Shown piece after piece: positions 20,193 through 29,456 of a stretch of DNA of 64,000 nt. The stretch's first letter is position 1; each line of letters starts with the position of its first letter. Origin of the DNA: Acidobacteriota bacterium (GTDB taxonomy: Bacteria > Acidobacteriota > B3-B38 > Guanabaribacteriales > JAGGZT01); the NCBI GenBank assembly GCA_021161905.1, contig JAGGZT010000012.1, positions 17,675 through 81,674 of the forward strand. Direction: 5' to 3'. The notes under the pieces are model-generated. The model searched no databases. It worked only from the letters and a program-made list of their open reading frames with translations, and was not told the DNA's origin. The position numbers were made by a program, and so were the translations under genes.

Positions 20193-22145
20193 TTAATAAT
20201 CTTCTTCCTTTTTCCCTTTCTCGGAGGAGGGTTTCTCCTTCTCCTTTTTCTTTGCGGCGAACTTCTTCGCTATATGAGAACCCAAAAGCTCAACATTCTC
20301 TATTTTAGCAACCTCGCCGAGATTTATCGTCCCTGCCCTCTCCTCTACCTTTTTCCGCTCCTTCTTCTCCTTTCTCTCCTCTTTCTTCTCTTTTTTCTCT
20401 TTCTTCTCCTTCTTCCTCTTCTCCTCCTCAGCCTTCCGCTTCTTTTTCTCCTCTTCAGCCTCATAGGCAGCTACGCTGAGCCCGATCTTTCGCTGAGCAA
20501 AATCCATCTTGGTGATCTTCATCGTGAGCATCTGCCCGATTGAGAACTCCTTCTCCGGATCCTTCACCTTCTTCCGACTGAGCTCAGAGACATGAACCAA
20601 ACCTTCTATCCCCTCCTCAAGCTCCACAAAGGCGCCGAAATTGGTGAGCCGGACGATCTTCCCAGTCACCACATCGCCGATCTTATGTTCGCTAAAGAAC
20701 TTCTCCCAAATATTGGGGCTGAGCTGTTTAAGCCCTAAAGAAAGCCTTTGATTCTCAGGGTCGATATGGAGGATGACCGCCTCTACCTCCTCCCCCTTCT
20801 TCAGAACCTCAGAGGGATGTTTTATCTTCTTTGTCCAAGACATATCAGAGATATGAACAAGGCCGTCAATCCCCTCCTCCACCTCGATGAAAGCGCCAAA
20901 ATCGGTTATGTTTCGCACTCGTCCCCTTATCACATCACCGACATTGTACCTCTCAGCAATAAGTTGCCAAGGGTTGGGCTCGGTCTGCTTAAGCCCCAGG
21001 GATATCCTCCTCTGCTCCGGGTCTATACTGAGAACAACCGCCTCCACCGTATCACCTACAGTCAGTATTCGGGAGGGCTGTTTGATCCTCTTATTCCACG
21101 ACATCTCGGAGATATGGATCAATCCCTCTACACCCTCCTCTATTTCCACGAAGGCACCGTAATCAGTGAGGCTAACTACTCTACCCCGAACCCTGCTTCC
21201 TACAGGGTATTTATCCGCTACCTTCTCCCAAGGGTCGGGCGTCTTCTGCTTATAACCCAAGGAGACACGCTCCTTCTCCCGGTCGAACTTTAGAACGACC
21301 ACCTCGACTTCATCCCCCACAGCAAACAACTCCGAGGGATGACTTATCCTCCCCCAGGACATATCGGTGATATGAAGGAGACCATCTATCCCTCCGAGGT
21401 CGATAAAGGCGCCGTACTCGGTGATATTCTTCACCACTCCCTTTACTATCTTCCCTTCTTCAAGACTAGCCAAGGTCTTTTTTCTTCTCTCAACACTCTC
21501 CTCCTCTACCACCATCTTCCGCGAGACCACGATATTACCTCGCCTCTTGTTGAGCTTTATCACCTTGACCTTTATCTCTTTTCCCTTGAAGCTATCGAGA
21601 TCACGAACTGGACGAACATCTATCTGCGAGCCAGGGAGGAACGCCTTCACCCCAATATCGACCGAAAGTCCTCCTTTCACCCGGTCAATGACCTTACCGG
21701 TGATCGTCTCGTTGTTTCTGTAAGCATTCTCAATATCATCCCAGATCTTCATCCGCTCCGCCTTCTCATAGGAGAGAAGCACCCGCCCTTCCTGATCCTC
21801 AGGTATCTCCACCATAACCTTCACCTTGTCCCCTACCTTTACCTTGAGCTCCCCTTTGGCATCCTTGAACTCAGCGATATCTACTATCCCTTCCGACTTG
21901 TACCCGATATCAACCAACACCTCCGCCTCAGATATCTTCACCACCGTCCCCTCAACTACATCCCCCACCTCAAGCCCTTTAAAGCTTTGCTCGTAAAGCT
22001 CCGCCAACTTTTCCCGATCAATCTCCTCTGGGGATTCAGGAATATCAAATGAGCCATCCTTCTCTTTTTCTAAGGAGAAAGCATTGTTTCCCTCGAGCTC
22101 ACCTCCTCTTGTTTTCTCTTTCTCGTTTAACTCATCATAATTCAT
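20193..22145 (-). CDS. rpsA: 30S ribosomal protein S1
   Basis: Six S1 repeats (YGAFID/VE..G.DGL.HI); start placed at ATG 22145 with AAGGAGGT SD; KE-rich C-terminal extension. Confidence 0.96.
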   Translation of the reverse strand: MNYDELNEKEKTRGGELEGNNAFSLEKEKDGSFDIPESPEEIDREKLAELYEQSFKGLEVGDVVEGTVVKISEAEVLVDIGYKSEGIVDIAEFKDAKGELKVKVGDKVKVMVEIPEDQEGRVLLSYEKAERMKIWDDIENAYRNNETITGKVIDRVKGGLSVDIGVKAFLPGSQIDVRPVRDLDSFKGKEIKVKVIKLNKRRGNIVVSRKMVVEEESVERRKKTLASLEEGKIVKGVVKNITEYGAFIDLGGIDGLLHITDMSWGRISHPSELFAVGDEVEVVVLKFDREKERVSLGYKQKTPDPWEKVADKYPVGSRVRGRVVSLTDYGAFVEIEEGVEGLIHISEMSWNKRIKQPSRILTVGDTVEAVVLSIDPEQRRISLGLKQTEPNPWQLIAERYNVGDVIRGRVRNITDFGAFIEVEEGIDGLVHISDMSWTKKIKHPSEVLKKGEEVEAVILHIDPENQRLSLGLKQLSPNIWEKFFSEHKIGDVVTGKIVRLTNFGAFVELEEGIEGLVHVSELSRKKVKDPEKEFSIGQMLTMKITKMDFAQRKIGLSVAAYEAEEEKKKRKAEEEKRKKEKKEKKEKKEERKEKKERKKVEERAGTINLGEVAKIENVELLGSHIAKKFAAKKKEKEKPSSEKGKKEEDY

Positions 22146-22273
22146 TAGCCTCGATACCTCCTTTTCCCAATTTACGACCTCTCTTCCTCTCTTCAGTCCC
22201 GCTTTGGTGCAGAAAAAATTGGTGAATTCCCCTCTCCGCGAGCACAAAGAGTAGGTCGTATTTGTAAGTTTAA

Positions 22274-22303
22274 ATTATATGGTAGGTTATATCTTTATGT
22301 CAA
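22274..22303 (-). promoter_or_regulatory. Sigma70 promoter of rpsA, with the -35 box inside the cmk 3' end
   Basis: TTGACA (22303-22298), 18 nt, TATAAT (22279-22274). Confidence 0.8.
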
Positions 22304-22987
22304 GGGTAAAGTAAGCTCCTTTACCTTCTTAAGCATAAATTCTATTACCTCCTCCAAACTGAGAGAAGTGGAATCAAGGTAGATGGCATCATCCGCCCTA
22401 CAAAGTGGAGAATCGGGGCGGGTACTATCCCGTCTGTCCCTCTTTCTCGTCTCCTCAAGCACCTCGGAAAAACTGAGGGATATCCCCTTCTCCTTGAGCT
22501 CCTTGAACCTCCTCCTCGCCCTCTCTTCGAGGGTGGCATCGAGGAAAAACTTGACCTCGGCATCGGGAAAGACCTTGGTCCCTATATCCCTTCCCTCTAC
22601 CACCACCCCTCCCTCCTTACCTACCTCACGCTGGAGGGCAACTAACCGCCGTCTCACCCCAGGATAGACCGAGATGACCGAGGCTACCTCCCCGATCCCG
22701 GGCTTCCTTATCTCCTCAGTCACATCACGCCCATCGAGGAGAACCCGATAAGAAGAGGATGATTTTCGAAACTCCACCTGAGAACTTTCCGCCAGCGAAA
22801 CAACCTCCTCCTCGGAGGAGGGATCGATCCCCGTTTCAACCACCTTGAGCGCTATCGCCCGATACATAGCACCGGTATCGAGATAAAAATAGCCGAGCTT
22901 GGCAGCAAGAGCCTTCCCCACCGTGCTCTTCCCAGCACCAGCAGGACCATCAATGGCTATTACTATCCCTCTACTCCTCTTCCTCAT
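22295..22987 (-). CDS. cmk: Cytidylate kinase
   Basis: IAIDGPAGAGKST, LDTGAMYR, VVEGRDIGT, RDRRDSTR. Confidence 0.97.
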   Translation of the reverse strand: MRKRSRGIVIAIDGPAGAGKSTVGKALAAKLGYFYLDTGAMYRAIALKVVETGIDPSSEEEVVSLAESSQVEFRKSSSSYRVLLDGRDVTEEIRKPGIGEVASVISVYPGVRRRLVALQREVGKEGGVVVEGRDIGTKVFPDAEVKFFLDATLEERARRRFKELKEKGISLSFSEVLEETRKRDRRDSTRPDSPLCRADDAIYLDSTSLSLEEVIEFMLKKVKELTLPLT

Positions 22988-24069
22988 CTCCCAAGAACCT
23001 TCCGCAAGGAGGCAACGAACCTTTCTAATTCCTTCATCTCACCAATGCTCACCCGCACCCCATTCTCAAAGCCCCAGCCCTTCATTCCCCTTACGATCAC
23101 TCCTTCCCTAAGGAGCCTCTGTGTCAACTCATCACCATCGACCGGGGTGAAGAAAAGCATAAAGTTGGTATGTGAGGGGACAAACGATATCCCCAGCTTC
23201 CTGAACTCCTCTCCGAGATATCTCTTTCCCTCGTCGTTCGCCTCCACCGTCTTACGCACATAATCCTCATCATCGAGTGCTGCCATCGCCGCCTTCTGGG
23301 CAAGGGTACCGGTGTTGAACGGGGGCATTACCCGCAATAACCACTCCATAAGCTCCGGAGTGGTGATGCCGTAGCCTATCCTAAGACCAGCCAAACCGTA
23401 GATCTTGGAGAAGGTCCGAAGGATAATAACCCTCCTTCCCTCCCTTACATAAGCCAAGGAATCGGGATAAGCGGGATCATCGATGTACTCATAATATGCC
23501 TCATCGAGAACCACCACCACTTCTTCCGGCACCTGAGATAAAAATCTATCGAGTTCATCCGCCGTTATCATCGTTCCCGTAGGGTTATTAGGATTGGCGA
23601 TAAAGACGAGCTTTGTCTTATCATCGATCACCTCAGCCATCCTTACCAGATCGTAGCGGTAGTTCCGGAGAGGAACGAAGGTGATATCGGCATCAACCAG
23701 CTTAGCGGAAATGGGATACATAATGAATGTCCCCTCCGATATCACCACCTTCTCCTTAGGAGCGACAAAAGCACGAACGGCAAAATCGATGATCTCAGAG
23801 GAACCTCGGGCAACGATTATCTGCTCGGCAGGGATATTAAGCCTATGAGAAAGTTTCTTTCTGAGATAATAAGCGGTGGTGTCGGGATAGCGAGCTATTT
23901 CAGAAGCTTCTTTCTGAATCGCCTCTACCGCCCTGGGTGAGGGACCAAGGGGGTTCTCATTCGAGGCGAGCTTCACCACCGAGGAAAGACCGAGTTCCCT
24001 CTTAACCTCCTCCAACGGTTTTCCGGGTACATAGGGTTTAACTCCTTTGATGTAATCAGGTACCAGCAT
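22984..24069 (-). CDS. hisC: Histidinol-phosphate aminotransferase family (class II PLP)
   Basis: PYVPGKP, KLASNENP, NPNNPTG, DEAY, RTFSKIYGLAGLRIGY. Confidence 0.88.
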   Translation of the reverse strand: MLVPDYIKGVKPYVPGKPLEEVKRELGLSSVVKLASNENPLGPSPRAVEAIQKEASEIARYPDTTAYYLRKKLSHRLNIPAEQIIVARGSSEIIDFAVRAFVAPKEKVVISEGTFIMYPISAKLVDADITFVPLRNYRYDLVRMAEVIDDKTKLVFIANPNNPTGTMITADELDRFLSQVPEEVVVVLDEAYYEYIDDPAYPDSLAYVREGRRVIILRTFSKIYGLAGLRIGYGITTPELMEWLLRVMPPFNTGTLAQKAAMAALDDEDYVRKTVEANDEGKRYLGEEFRKLGISFVPSHTNFMLFFTPVDGDELTQRLLREGVIVRGMKGWGFENGVRVSIGEMKELERFVASLRKVLGR

Positions 24070-24790
24070 TTTTCACCTCGCTTTGTTTTACGAATCGTTC
24101 CACTTCAGCGGGGGTAAGTTCTCGAAAATCGCCGGGCTTTAGTCCTTTTATATTAAAGAAAGAGATAGCCACCCGCTTTAACCTTATTACCGGATGACCT
24201 ATCCGAAAAAACATCTCCTTTATCTGATTCTTCCTCCCTTCAAAAAGGATCACCCGAAACCAGGAGTTCCTCTCCTTCCTAAGTAGGGTGATCTTGGCGG
24301 GCACTGTCTTATATCCATCGATCACTATCCCCCGCCGTAGCTTTTCTATCTCCTTCGACTGAGGAACCCCCTTTACCTTCACCAAATACACCTTGGGGGA
24401 ACGATAACGAGGATGGATTATTCGCTCGGCAAACTCGCCATCGTTGGTGAGGATGAGAAGTCCCTCAGCATCCCAGTCAAGTCTCCCTGCAGGATAGATC
24501 CGCTCTTTCACCTCAGGGATGAAATCGAGCACCGTAGGACGCCCCAAAGGATCGTAAACCGTAGAAAGACAATTTCGGGGTTTGTAAAAAAGGAAGTATC
24601 GCTTCCTCTCGCTGAAGGACAGCCTTACGCCGTCAACCTCTATTATGTCCTTCAGCTTATCCGCTTTGATGCCGAGCTTGGTCACCACCTCACCGTTCAC
24701 CGACACCCTCCCTTCCCGGATCAGCTCATCAGCCTTTCTCCGGGAACATATGCCCGCCTCCGCTATCAGCTTATTCAGTCTTTCCTTCAT
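24056..24790 (-). CDS. rluB: rRNA pseudouridine synthase (RsuA/RluB family)
   Basis: S4 domain ERLNK..A.AG.CSRR; GRLD catalytic Asp; EGRKNQI; scpA-scpB-rluB order; start placed at ATG 24790. Confidence 0.85.
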   Translation of the reverse strand: MKERLNKLIAEAGICSRRKADELIREGRVSVNGEVVTKLGIKADKLKDIIEVDGVRLSFSERKRYFLFYKPRNCLSTVYDPLGRPTVLDFIPEVKERIYPAGRLDWDAEGLLILTNDGEFAERIIHPRYRSPKVYLVKVKGVPQSKEIEKLRRGIVIDGYKTVPAKITLLRKERNSWFRVILFEGRKNQIKEMFFRIGHPVIRLKRVAISFFNIKGLKPGDFRELTPAEVERFVKQSEVKNAGT

Positions 24791-25358
24791 CGGGAGAAGA
24801 TGTAGCCTCACTTTCCCTCTCATCCTCAGGTAAAAACTCCTCAAACTCCTCTAACCGGGGGAGCTCGGAGAGATCGCGGAGCCCAAAGCGGAGGAGAAAC
24901 TCCTTGGTAGTGCCATATAAAAAGGGCCTTCCCGGTGCATCCTTCCTTCCAATTATCCTGATGAGCTTCTTCGCCAATAGGCTTTTCAGAGGGCCGCTCA
25001 CATCGACTCCCCGGATAGCCGATATCTCGGGGGTGGATATCGGCTGACGATAGGCGATCACCGCGAGCGTTTCAAGTGCTGCCTGGGAAAGCCTAACCTC
25101 CCTCCTCTCGGTGAGGAGCTTCCTTATATAAGGATCGTACTCAGGACGGGTGATCAACTGATATCCCCCGGCTACCTCGACGAGGAGAAGACCTCCACCC
25201 CTTTCCTTATACTCGGCGGAAAGCTCCTCGATAGCACTCCTTATCTCTTTTATCCCCTCATCGGGAAGGACCTCGGATATCTCCTTAAGGGAAACGGGCT
25301 TTGGGGATACAAAGATAAGCGCTTCAATTATCCCCTTAAGCTCTCCTTTTTCCATCAC
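24771..25358 (-). CDS. scpB: SMC-Scp complex subunit ScpB
   Basis: IEALIF, VAGGYQ, LSQAALETLAVIAYRQP, IRGV, PGRP..YGTT..FL..FGL. Confidence 0.96.
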   Translation of the reverse strand: MMEKGELKGIIEALIFVSPKPVSLKEISEVLPDEGIKEIRSAIEELSAEYKERGGGLLLVEVAGGYQLITRPEYDPYIRKLLTERREVRLSQAALETLAVIAYRQPISTPEISAIRGVDVSGPLKSLLAKKLIRIIGRKDAPGRPFLYGTTKEFLLRFGLRDLSELPRLEEFEEFLPEDERESEATSSPDEGKTE

Positions 25359-26086
25359 CAGCTCAATTCCTCCGGCTTGACCGAGCTCGGGTAGATGAAT
25401 ATCTCCCCAAATGGCTCTTTCTGATATGCCACTATCAACTTGAGCCTTATCGCCTCGAGTATGGCAAGGAAGGTGACGAACATCGCCTTTCTTCCCTCAC
25501 TCTTGAATAGCTCACTGAAAGTGAGAGGAGCAAGCTCAGAAAGAAGACTGAGGATCTCCTTCAGCCTTTCCTCCACCGTCAGCTCATCACGCTCGATCAC
25601 CTCGGCTTCCACTTCTTCCTTCGGAGCAAGGAGTCTCTTGAAGGCGGAAAGGAGATCGAATAGATCTGCCTCTAAAAGGACTTCACTCTCAGGGGTAGCT
25701 TCGGTCTCCCTCTGCCAGCACTTGGACCAGAACTCCTCCCTCTCCTTGAGGAAAGAAGCCGCCTCGCGGAAACGCTGATGCTCGATGAGCTGAGAGACAA
25801 GCTCCTCCTTCAGTTCCTCTATCTCTTCCTTCTCTTCGCTCGTTGCCGGAAGGAGCATCTTGGATTTGATGTAAACAAGGGTTGCTGCCATCAGAAGAAA
25901 TTCACTTGCAACCTCAAGGTTCAACTCCCGCATCAGATCAAGGTACTCGAGATACTCCTTCGTTATCTCCGCTATCGGTATCTCCCAGACTTCTATCTCC
26001 CTCTTCCTGACCAGGTGGAGGAGGAGATCAAGCGGTCCCTCAAATACCGGTATTCTTACCTTGTAGGGGACCTCGGATGATGTCAT
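25355..26086 (-). CDS. scpA: Segregation/condensation protein ScpA
   Basis: FEGPLDLLLHL, EFLLMAATL..IKSKMLLP, FLAILE, QKEPFGEI. Confidence 0.96.
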   Translation of the reverse strand: MTSSEVPYKVRIPVFEGPLDLLLHLVRKREIEVWEIPIAEITKEYLEYLDLMRELNLEVASEFLLMAATLVYIKSKMLLPATSEEKEEIEELKEELVSQLIEHQRFREAASFLKEREEFWSKCWQRETEATPESEVLLEADLFDLLSAFKRLLAPKEEVEAEVIERDELTVEERLKEILSLLSELAPLTFSELFKSEGRKAMFVTFLAILEAIRLKLIVAYQKEPFGEIFIYPSSVKPEELSW

Positions 26087-27075
26087 ATCCCTGCCAGTCC
26101 CATCGCTTCTCTCACTTCACTCATCGTTTCCTCGGCTACCGCCCTCGCCTTCTTAGCTCCTTCGGCAAGGATATCCCGCACCAGATCCGGCTTTTCCTCG
26201 TACTCCCTCCTTTTCTCCCTTATCGGGGCGAGGAACTCGACGAGCGATGAGGAGAGAACCCTTTTGCAATCGGTGCATCCTATCTCCGCTTTCCTGCAGG
26301 CGTTTTCTATCTCCGCCGTCTTTTTCGGGTCGGTAAATAGCCGATGATAGGGGAAGAGGTTGCACACCTCAGGGCGCCCGGGATCGCTTCTCCTCACTCT
26401 ATTCGGGTCGGTGAACATCGTCTTAACCTTTTCCTCTATCTCCTGAGGAGGATCGGCAAGGTTTATCACATTACCATAACTCTTACTCATCTTCCTCCCG
26501 TCGAGGCCAAGAAGACGGGGAAACTTGGTGAGAAGCGCCTGCGGTTCGGGAAAGACCGGGCGATAGAGATGGTTGAATCGGCGAACGATCTCCCGGGCAA
26601 GCTCGATATGGGGAACCTGATCCTCCCCTACCGGCACACACTCCGCCTTATAGATTATTATGTCAGCAGTCTGAAGGAGGGGATAGCCCAAAAAACCGTA
26701 GGTGGAAAGGTCCTTATCCGGAAGCTCCCGCTGCTGTTCCTTGTAAGAGGGAACGCGCTCAAGCCAGGGGATAGGTACGATCATCGAAAGAAGGAGATGG
26801 AGCTCCGCATGTTGTGGTACATCGGACTGGACGAAGATCACGCTCCGCTCCGGATCGAGCCCCACAGCAAGCCAATCGCGGGCTACCTCAAGGGTATACT
26901 CCCGTATCTTAGAAGGATCGGCATATTCGGTGGTGAGAGCGTGCCAGGGGACGATTGTGTAGAAGCAGTCATATTCATCCTGGAGCTTGACCCAGTTGTT
27001 CAAAGCACCGATCAGATGACCAAGGTGGAGCTTTCCTGTAGGTCGCATCCCACTTAAAACCCGCTTCCTCTTCAT
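26083..27075 (-). CDS. trpS: Tryptophan--tRNA ligase
   Basis: SGMRPTGKLHLGH, YPLLQTADI, VPVGEDQ, KMSKS. Confidence 0.96.
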   Translation of the reverse strand: MKRKRVLSGMRPTGKLHLGHLIGALNNWVKLQDEYDCFYTIVPWHALTTEYADPSKIREYTLEVARDWLAVGLDPERSVIFVQSDVPQHAELHLLLSMIVPIPWLERVPSYKEQQRELPDKDLSTYGFLGYPLLQTADIIIYKAECVPVGEDQVPHIELAREIVRRFNHLYRPVFPEPQALLTKFPRLLGLDGRKMSKSYGNVINLADPPQEIEEKVKTMFTDPNRVRRSDPGRPEVCNLFPYHRLFTDPKKTAEIENACRKAEIGCTDCKRVLSSSLVEFLAPIREKRREYEEKPDLVRDILAEGAKKARAVAEETMSEVREAMGLAGI

Positions 27076-27086
27076 TTATCCCTCCT

Positions 27087-27710
27087 TTAAAAGCCGATGA
27101 GAAGATGATAAAAACCAAAGCTGATAGGGAAGATCACCCGGGAAAAGAAACCGATAAAAAGAAGGATATAGATGATAACGATACCATAGATGCCCATCCG
27201 CTCAAAAGCCTCGGCAGTATGCTCGGGAAGAAGACCGGCGAGCACCCCGCCTCCATCAAGAGGGGGAATAGGGATCAAATTGAAAAAAGCGAGGATCAGG
27301 TTTATCAGCACCCCGAACTGGAGCAGTCTAAAAAGGGGAACGAAGACACCACCTGCCGGCAGAATCAATATGAGCACCCGGAAAACTAAGGCGAAGATGA
27401 CCGCTAAGGCAATGTTGCTTAATGGACCGAATCCGGAGATTATCATATTGTCCCGCCTGGGATTCCTCAGATTGTAAGGATTAACCGGAACCGGCTTCGC
27501 CCATCCAATAAGTGCCCAACCGGAGATCGCAGCCAAGATGGGAAGAATAACTGTGCCGATGATATCGATATGGACGAGAGGATTAAGTGAGATCCGTCCC
27601 AACCGGCGGGCGGTCGGATCACCCAACCTATCGGCGAAATAGGCATGAGCGCTTTCATGGACGGTCAAGGAAAACAAAAGAACAACATACTGAAGAACAA
27701 AATCAGCCAC
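27087..27710 (-). CDS. Site-2 protease family (M50) membrane metalloprotease
   Basis: HESAH, GDPT, NPLVHID, GWAKPVP, NLIPIPPLDG; start placed at GTG 27710 with GGAGG SD. Confidence 0.9.
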   Translation of the reverse strand: MADFVLQYVVLLFSLTVHESAHAYFADRLGDPTARRLGRISLNPLVHIDIIGTVILPILAAISGWALIGWAKPVPVNPYNLRNPRRDNMIISGFGPLSNIALAVIFALVFRVLILILPAGGVFVPLFRLLQFGVLINLILAFFNLIPIPPLDGGGVLAGLLPEHTAEAFERMGIYGIVIIYILLFIGFFSRVIFPISFGFYHLLIGF

Positions 27711-27747
27711 CTTAGCCTCCTTCCTCAAGGTGAAAAATAGTCTTTTC

Positions 27748-27776
27748 ATCCTAACACAGCAGGATGGGCGAGTCAA
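27748..27776 (-). promoter_or_regulatory. Promoter of the S2P-trpS-scpAB-rluB-hisC-cmk operon
   Basis: TTGACT (27776-27771), 17 nt, TGn-TAGGAT (27753-27748). Confidence 0.6.
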
Positions 27777-27877
27777 CTTCAACAGCCATCGCTGTACACA
27801 ATGATATCTCAAGATAATCTTAATAAATAACTTCAATCAGGAAGATGACCACGAGATATTCATACTTGGTTCAAATA

Positions 27878-27912
27878 TGTTATAATCTGACCAAAAGATA
27901 AAAATTAAGGAG
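27878..27912 (+). promoter_or_regulatory. Extended -10 promoter and SD for the plus-strand cassette
   Basis: TGT-TATAAT at 27878-27886; AAGGAG 7 nt before ATG 27920. Confidence 0.55.
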
Positions 27913-27919
27913 TAGAATT

Positions 27920-28147
27920 ATGAAATTATTTAGATCTTCTGATAACAGGACGAAGTTGCCTTTTCGTCTAAATATTCAACATATTCCTTCATCAATTGGA
28001 TTTCTCTATATAGGTAACATCCAATCGGGAAGGTGGTTTATACTTAGAGTAACCCATAATAACTATAAGCCATTCAAATCTACGCTCCTTTCTCTCAGCC
28101 CTGGAGAGAAGGTCGAGGGGTTAAGGATTGTGCTGGAGGATAAATGA
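27920..28147 (+). CDS. Small protein, possibly a degenerate carboxypeptidase-regulatory-like beta-sandwich domain
   Basis: Good SD and promoter; stop overlaps the next start (TAAATGATG); pattern G.L.I.NI..G...LRVTH.NYKP....LSPGEKV....IVL resembles this fold; no signal peptide. Confidence 0.45.
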   Translation: MKLFRSSDNRTKLPFRLNIQHIPSSIGFLYIGNIQSGRWFILRVTHNNYKPFKSTLLSLSPGEKVEGLRIVLEDK

Positions 28148-28773
28148 TGGGCTCCAAATCACAGAAAAGGATGGTTACCCTTATCTTCCTCTCTTCTCTT
28201 CTGGTTAGTTCTTTTTCCGCCTATGCGGAGGAGGAGAAGCGGTTTGAGGTTCTATTCTGTGGTGGTGTCTCGTATGCCACTTCCTGTTTCGGCTTCTCAC
28301 CCGGGGTGAGCTTTTCTTATTACCTTAGGAGTAATCTCACCCTTTCACTCGATTTTGGCGCAGCCTATCATCTTCCAGATCTCGACTTTCGCCAGTTTGG
28401 GATAACGGTGGGAGAAGGAGAGCAAGAAATTAGAGTAAGTGTAAGAAACCACTACCGCTTATTTTCCTTTCTCAGTGCCGAGTATCATTTCGCTACCTCT
28501 CCTCGATTGAAGCCCTTTGTTACCGCTGGCGTTGGCTGGTGCTGGGATCATGCTGACCTCACAGTTAACACCTGGAGTTACCCTGCTCCCGGCGAATTCT
28601 CTATAGCCCAGGAAAGATATCGGAGTAGCAGGTTTCCTCTCTTCCTTGTGGGTGGTGGACTCAGGTACTATGTCAGGAAGAATGAGGTTTTAAGAGTTAC
28701 AGTACGGCTACTGGATCCCGGTGGTGATTTTACCACCTATCAATTTATTGCCGGCTGGGGCTTTTGTTTTTGA
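28144..28773 (+). CDS. Outer membrane beta-barrel protein (small, probably 8-stranded)
   Basis: Signal peptide ending AYA, amphipathic strands (PFVTAGVGW, GGGLRYY), C-terminal AGWGFCF. Confidence 0.75.
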   Translation: MMGSKSQKRMVTLIFLSSLLVSSFSAYAEEEKRFEVLFCGGVSYATSCFGFSPGVSFSYYLRSNLTLSLDFGAAYHLPDLDFRQFGITVGEGEQEIRVSVRNHYRLFSFLSAEYHFATSPRLKPFVTAGVGWCWDHADLTVNTWSYPAPGEFSIAQERYRSSRFPLFLVGGGLRYYVRKNEVLRVTVRLLDPGGDFTTYQFIAGWGFCF

Positions 28774-28796
28774 GATAACCTCAAGGAGGCGTTTAG

Positions 28797-29456
28797 ATGG
28801 GAATTACGCCCGATCCATACAGAAAAAAGGGGTTAAAACTTTCTCTCCTGACTTTTATCCTCTTTTTTCTTTTCTTCTCAGTGTCGGCATTTGGTGGTGA
28901 TGTGAAAAAAGAGAACAGAATAACCTGTTACTTGGGTACCTATATGAATAGAGACTTCTATAGTCGTCTTTCTTTCAACATCGAGTACGAGAGAAGAGTC
29001 TCAAATCGTTTTGCTTTAGCAGTATCGATGGGATATGCACCTATGATACGTCCCGATCTGGAAAACTTAGCCTGGTACGAGTTTCACAACAAAGTTGGTG
29101 ACAACTTTACCCAGATCTCCTCCGGAGGATTTGTGTTAATTTTGGATTTTGGAGTTTATATCTATTTTACCCATCCAAATAAGAGCGATGAGTTACTTCT
29201 CTACCTCGGCAGCAGTTACTATCGACTGCGTGACCACCATAAAATGCTCGACAATAAATCATCCCTTACGGAGAGTTATTCCCTTTCGTTCTCTGAATAC
29301 TCCCGTTTAGATGTGGGTTTGGGATATAAGCGTAAGTTTAACGATCGATATTCCCTCAAAGCGGAATGGCGAATGGGGGATTTCTATTATTACCTTTTCA
29401 GAGGTGGAAAACCGCTTCTACACCGGATTCTTCTCGGTTTAAGCTATCGGTTTTAG
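28797..29456 (+). CDS. Outer membrane beta-barrel protein
   Basis: AAGGAGG SD, signal peptide, strands such as VGLGYKRKF and LKAEWR, C-terminal BAM-type signal LGLSYRF. Confidence 0.75.
   Translation: MGITPDPYRKKGLKLSLLTFILFFLFFSVSAFGGDVKKENRITCYLGTYMNRDFYSRLSFNIEYERRVSNRFALAVSMGYAPMIRPDLENLAWYEFHNKVGDNFTQISSGGFVLILDFGVYIYFTHPNKSDELLLYLGSSYYRLRDHHKMLDNKSSLTESYSLSFSEYSRLDVGLGYKRKFNDRYSLKAEWRMGDFYYYLFRGGKPLLHRILLGLSYRF

Noticed and set aside
20133-20543. Leu/Phe-rich plus-strand ORF resembling a membrane protein
   Set aside because: Reverse complement of the KE-rich S1 tail
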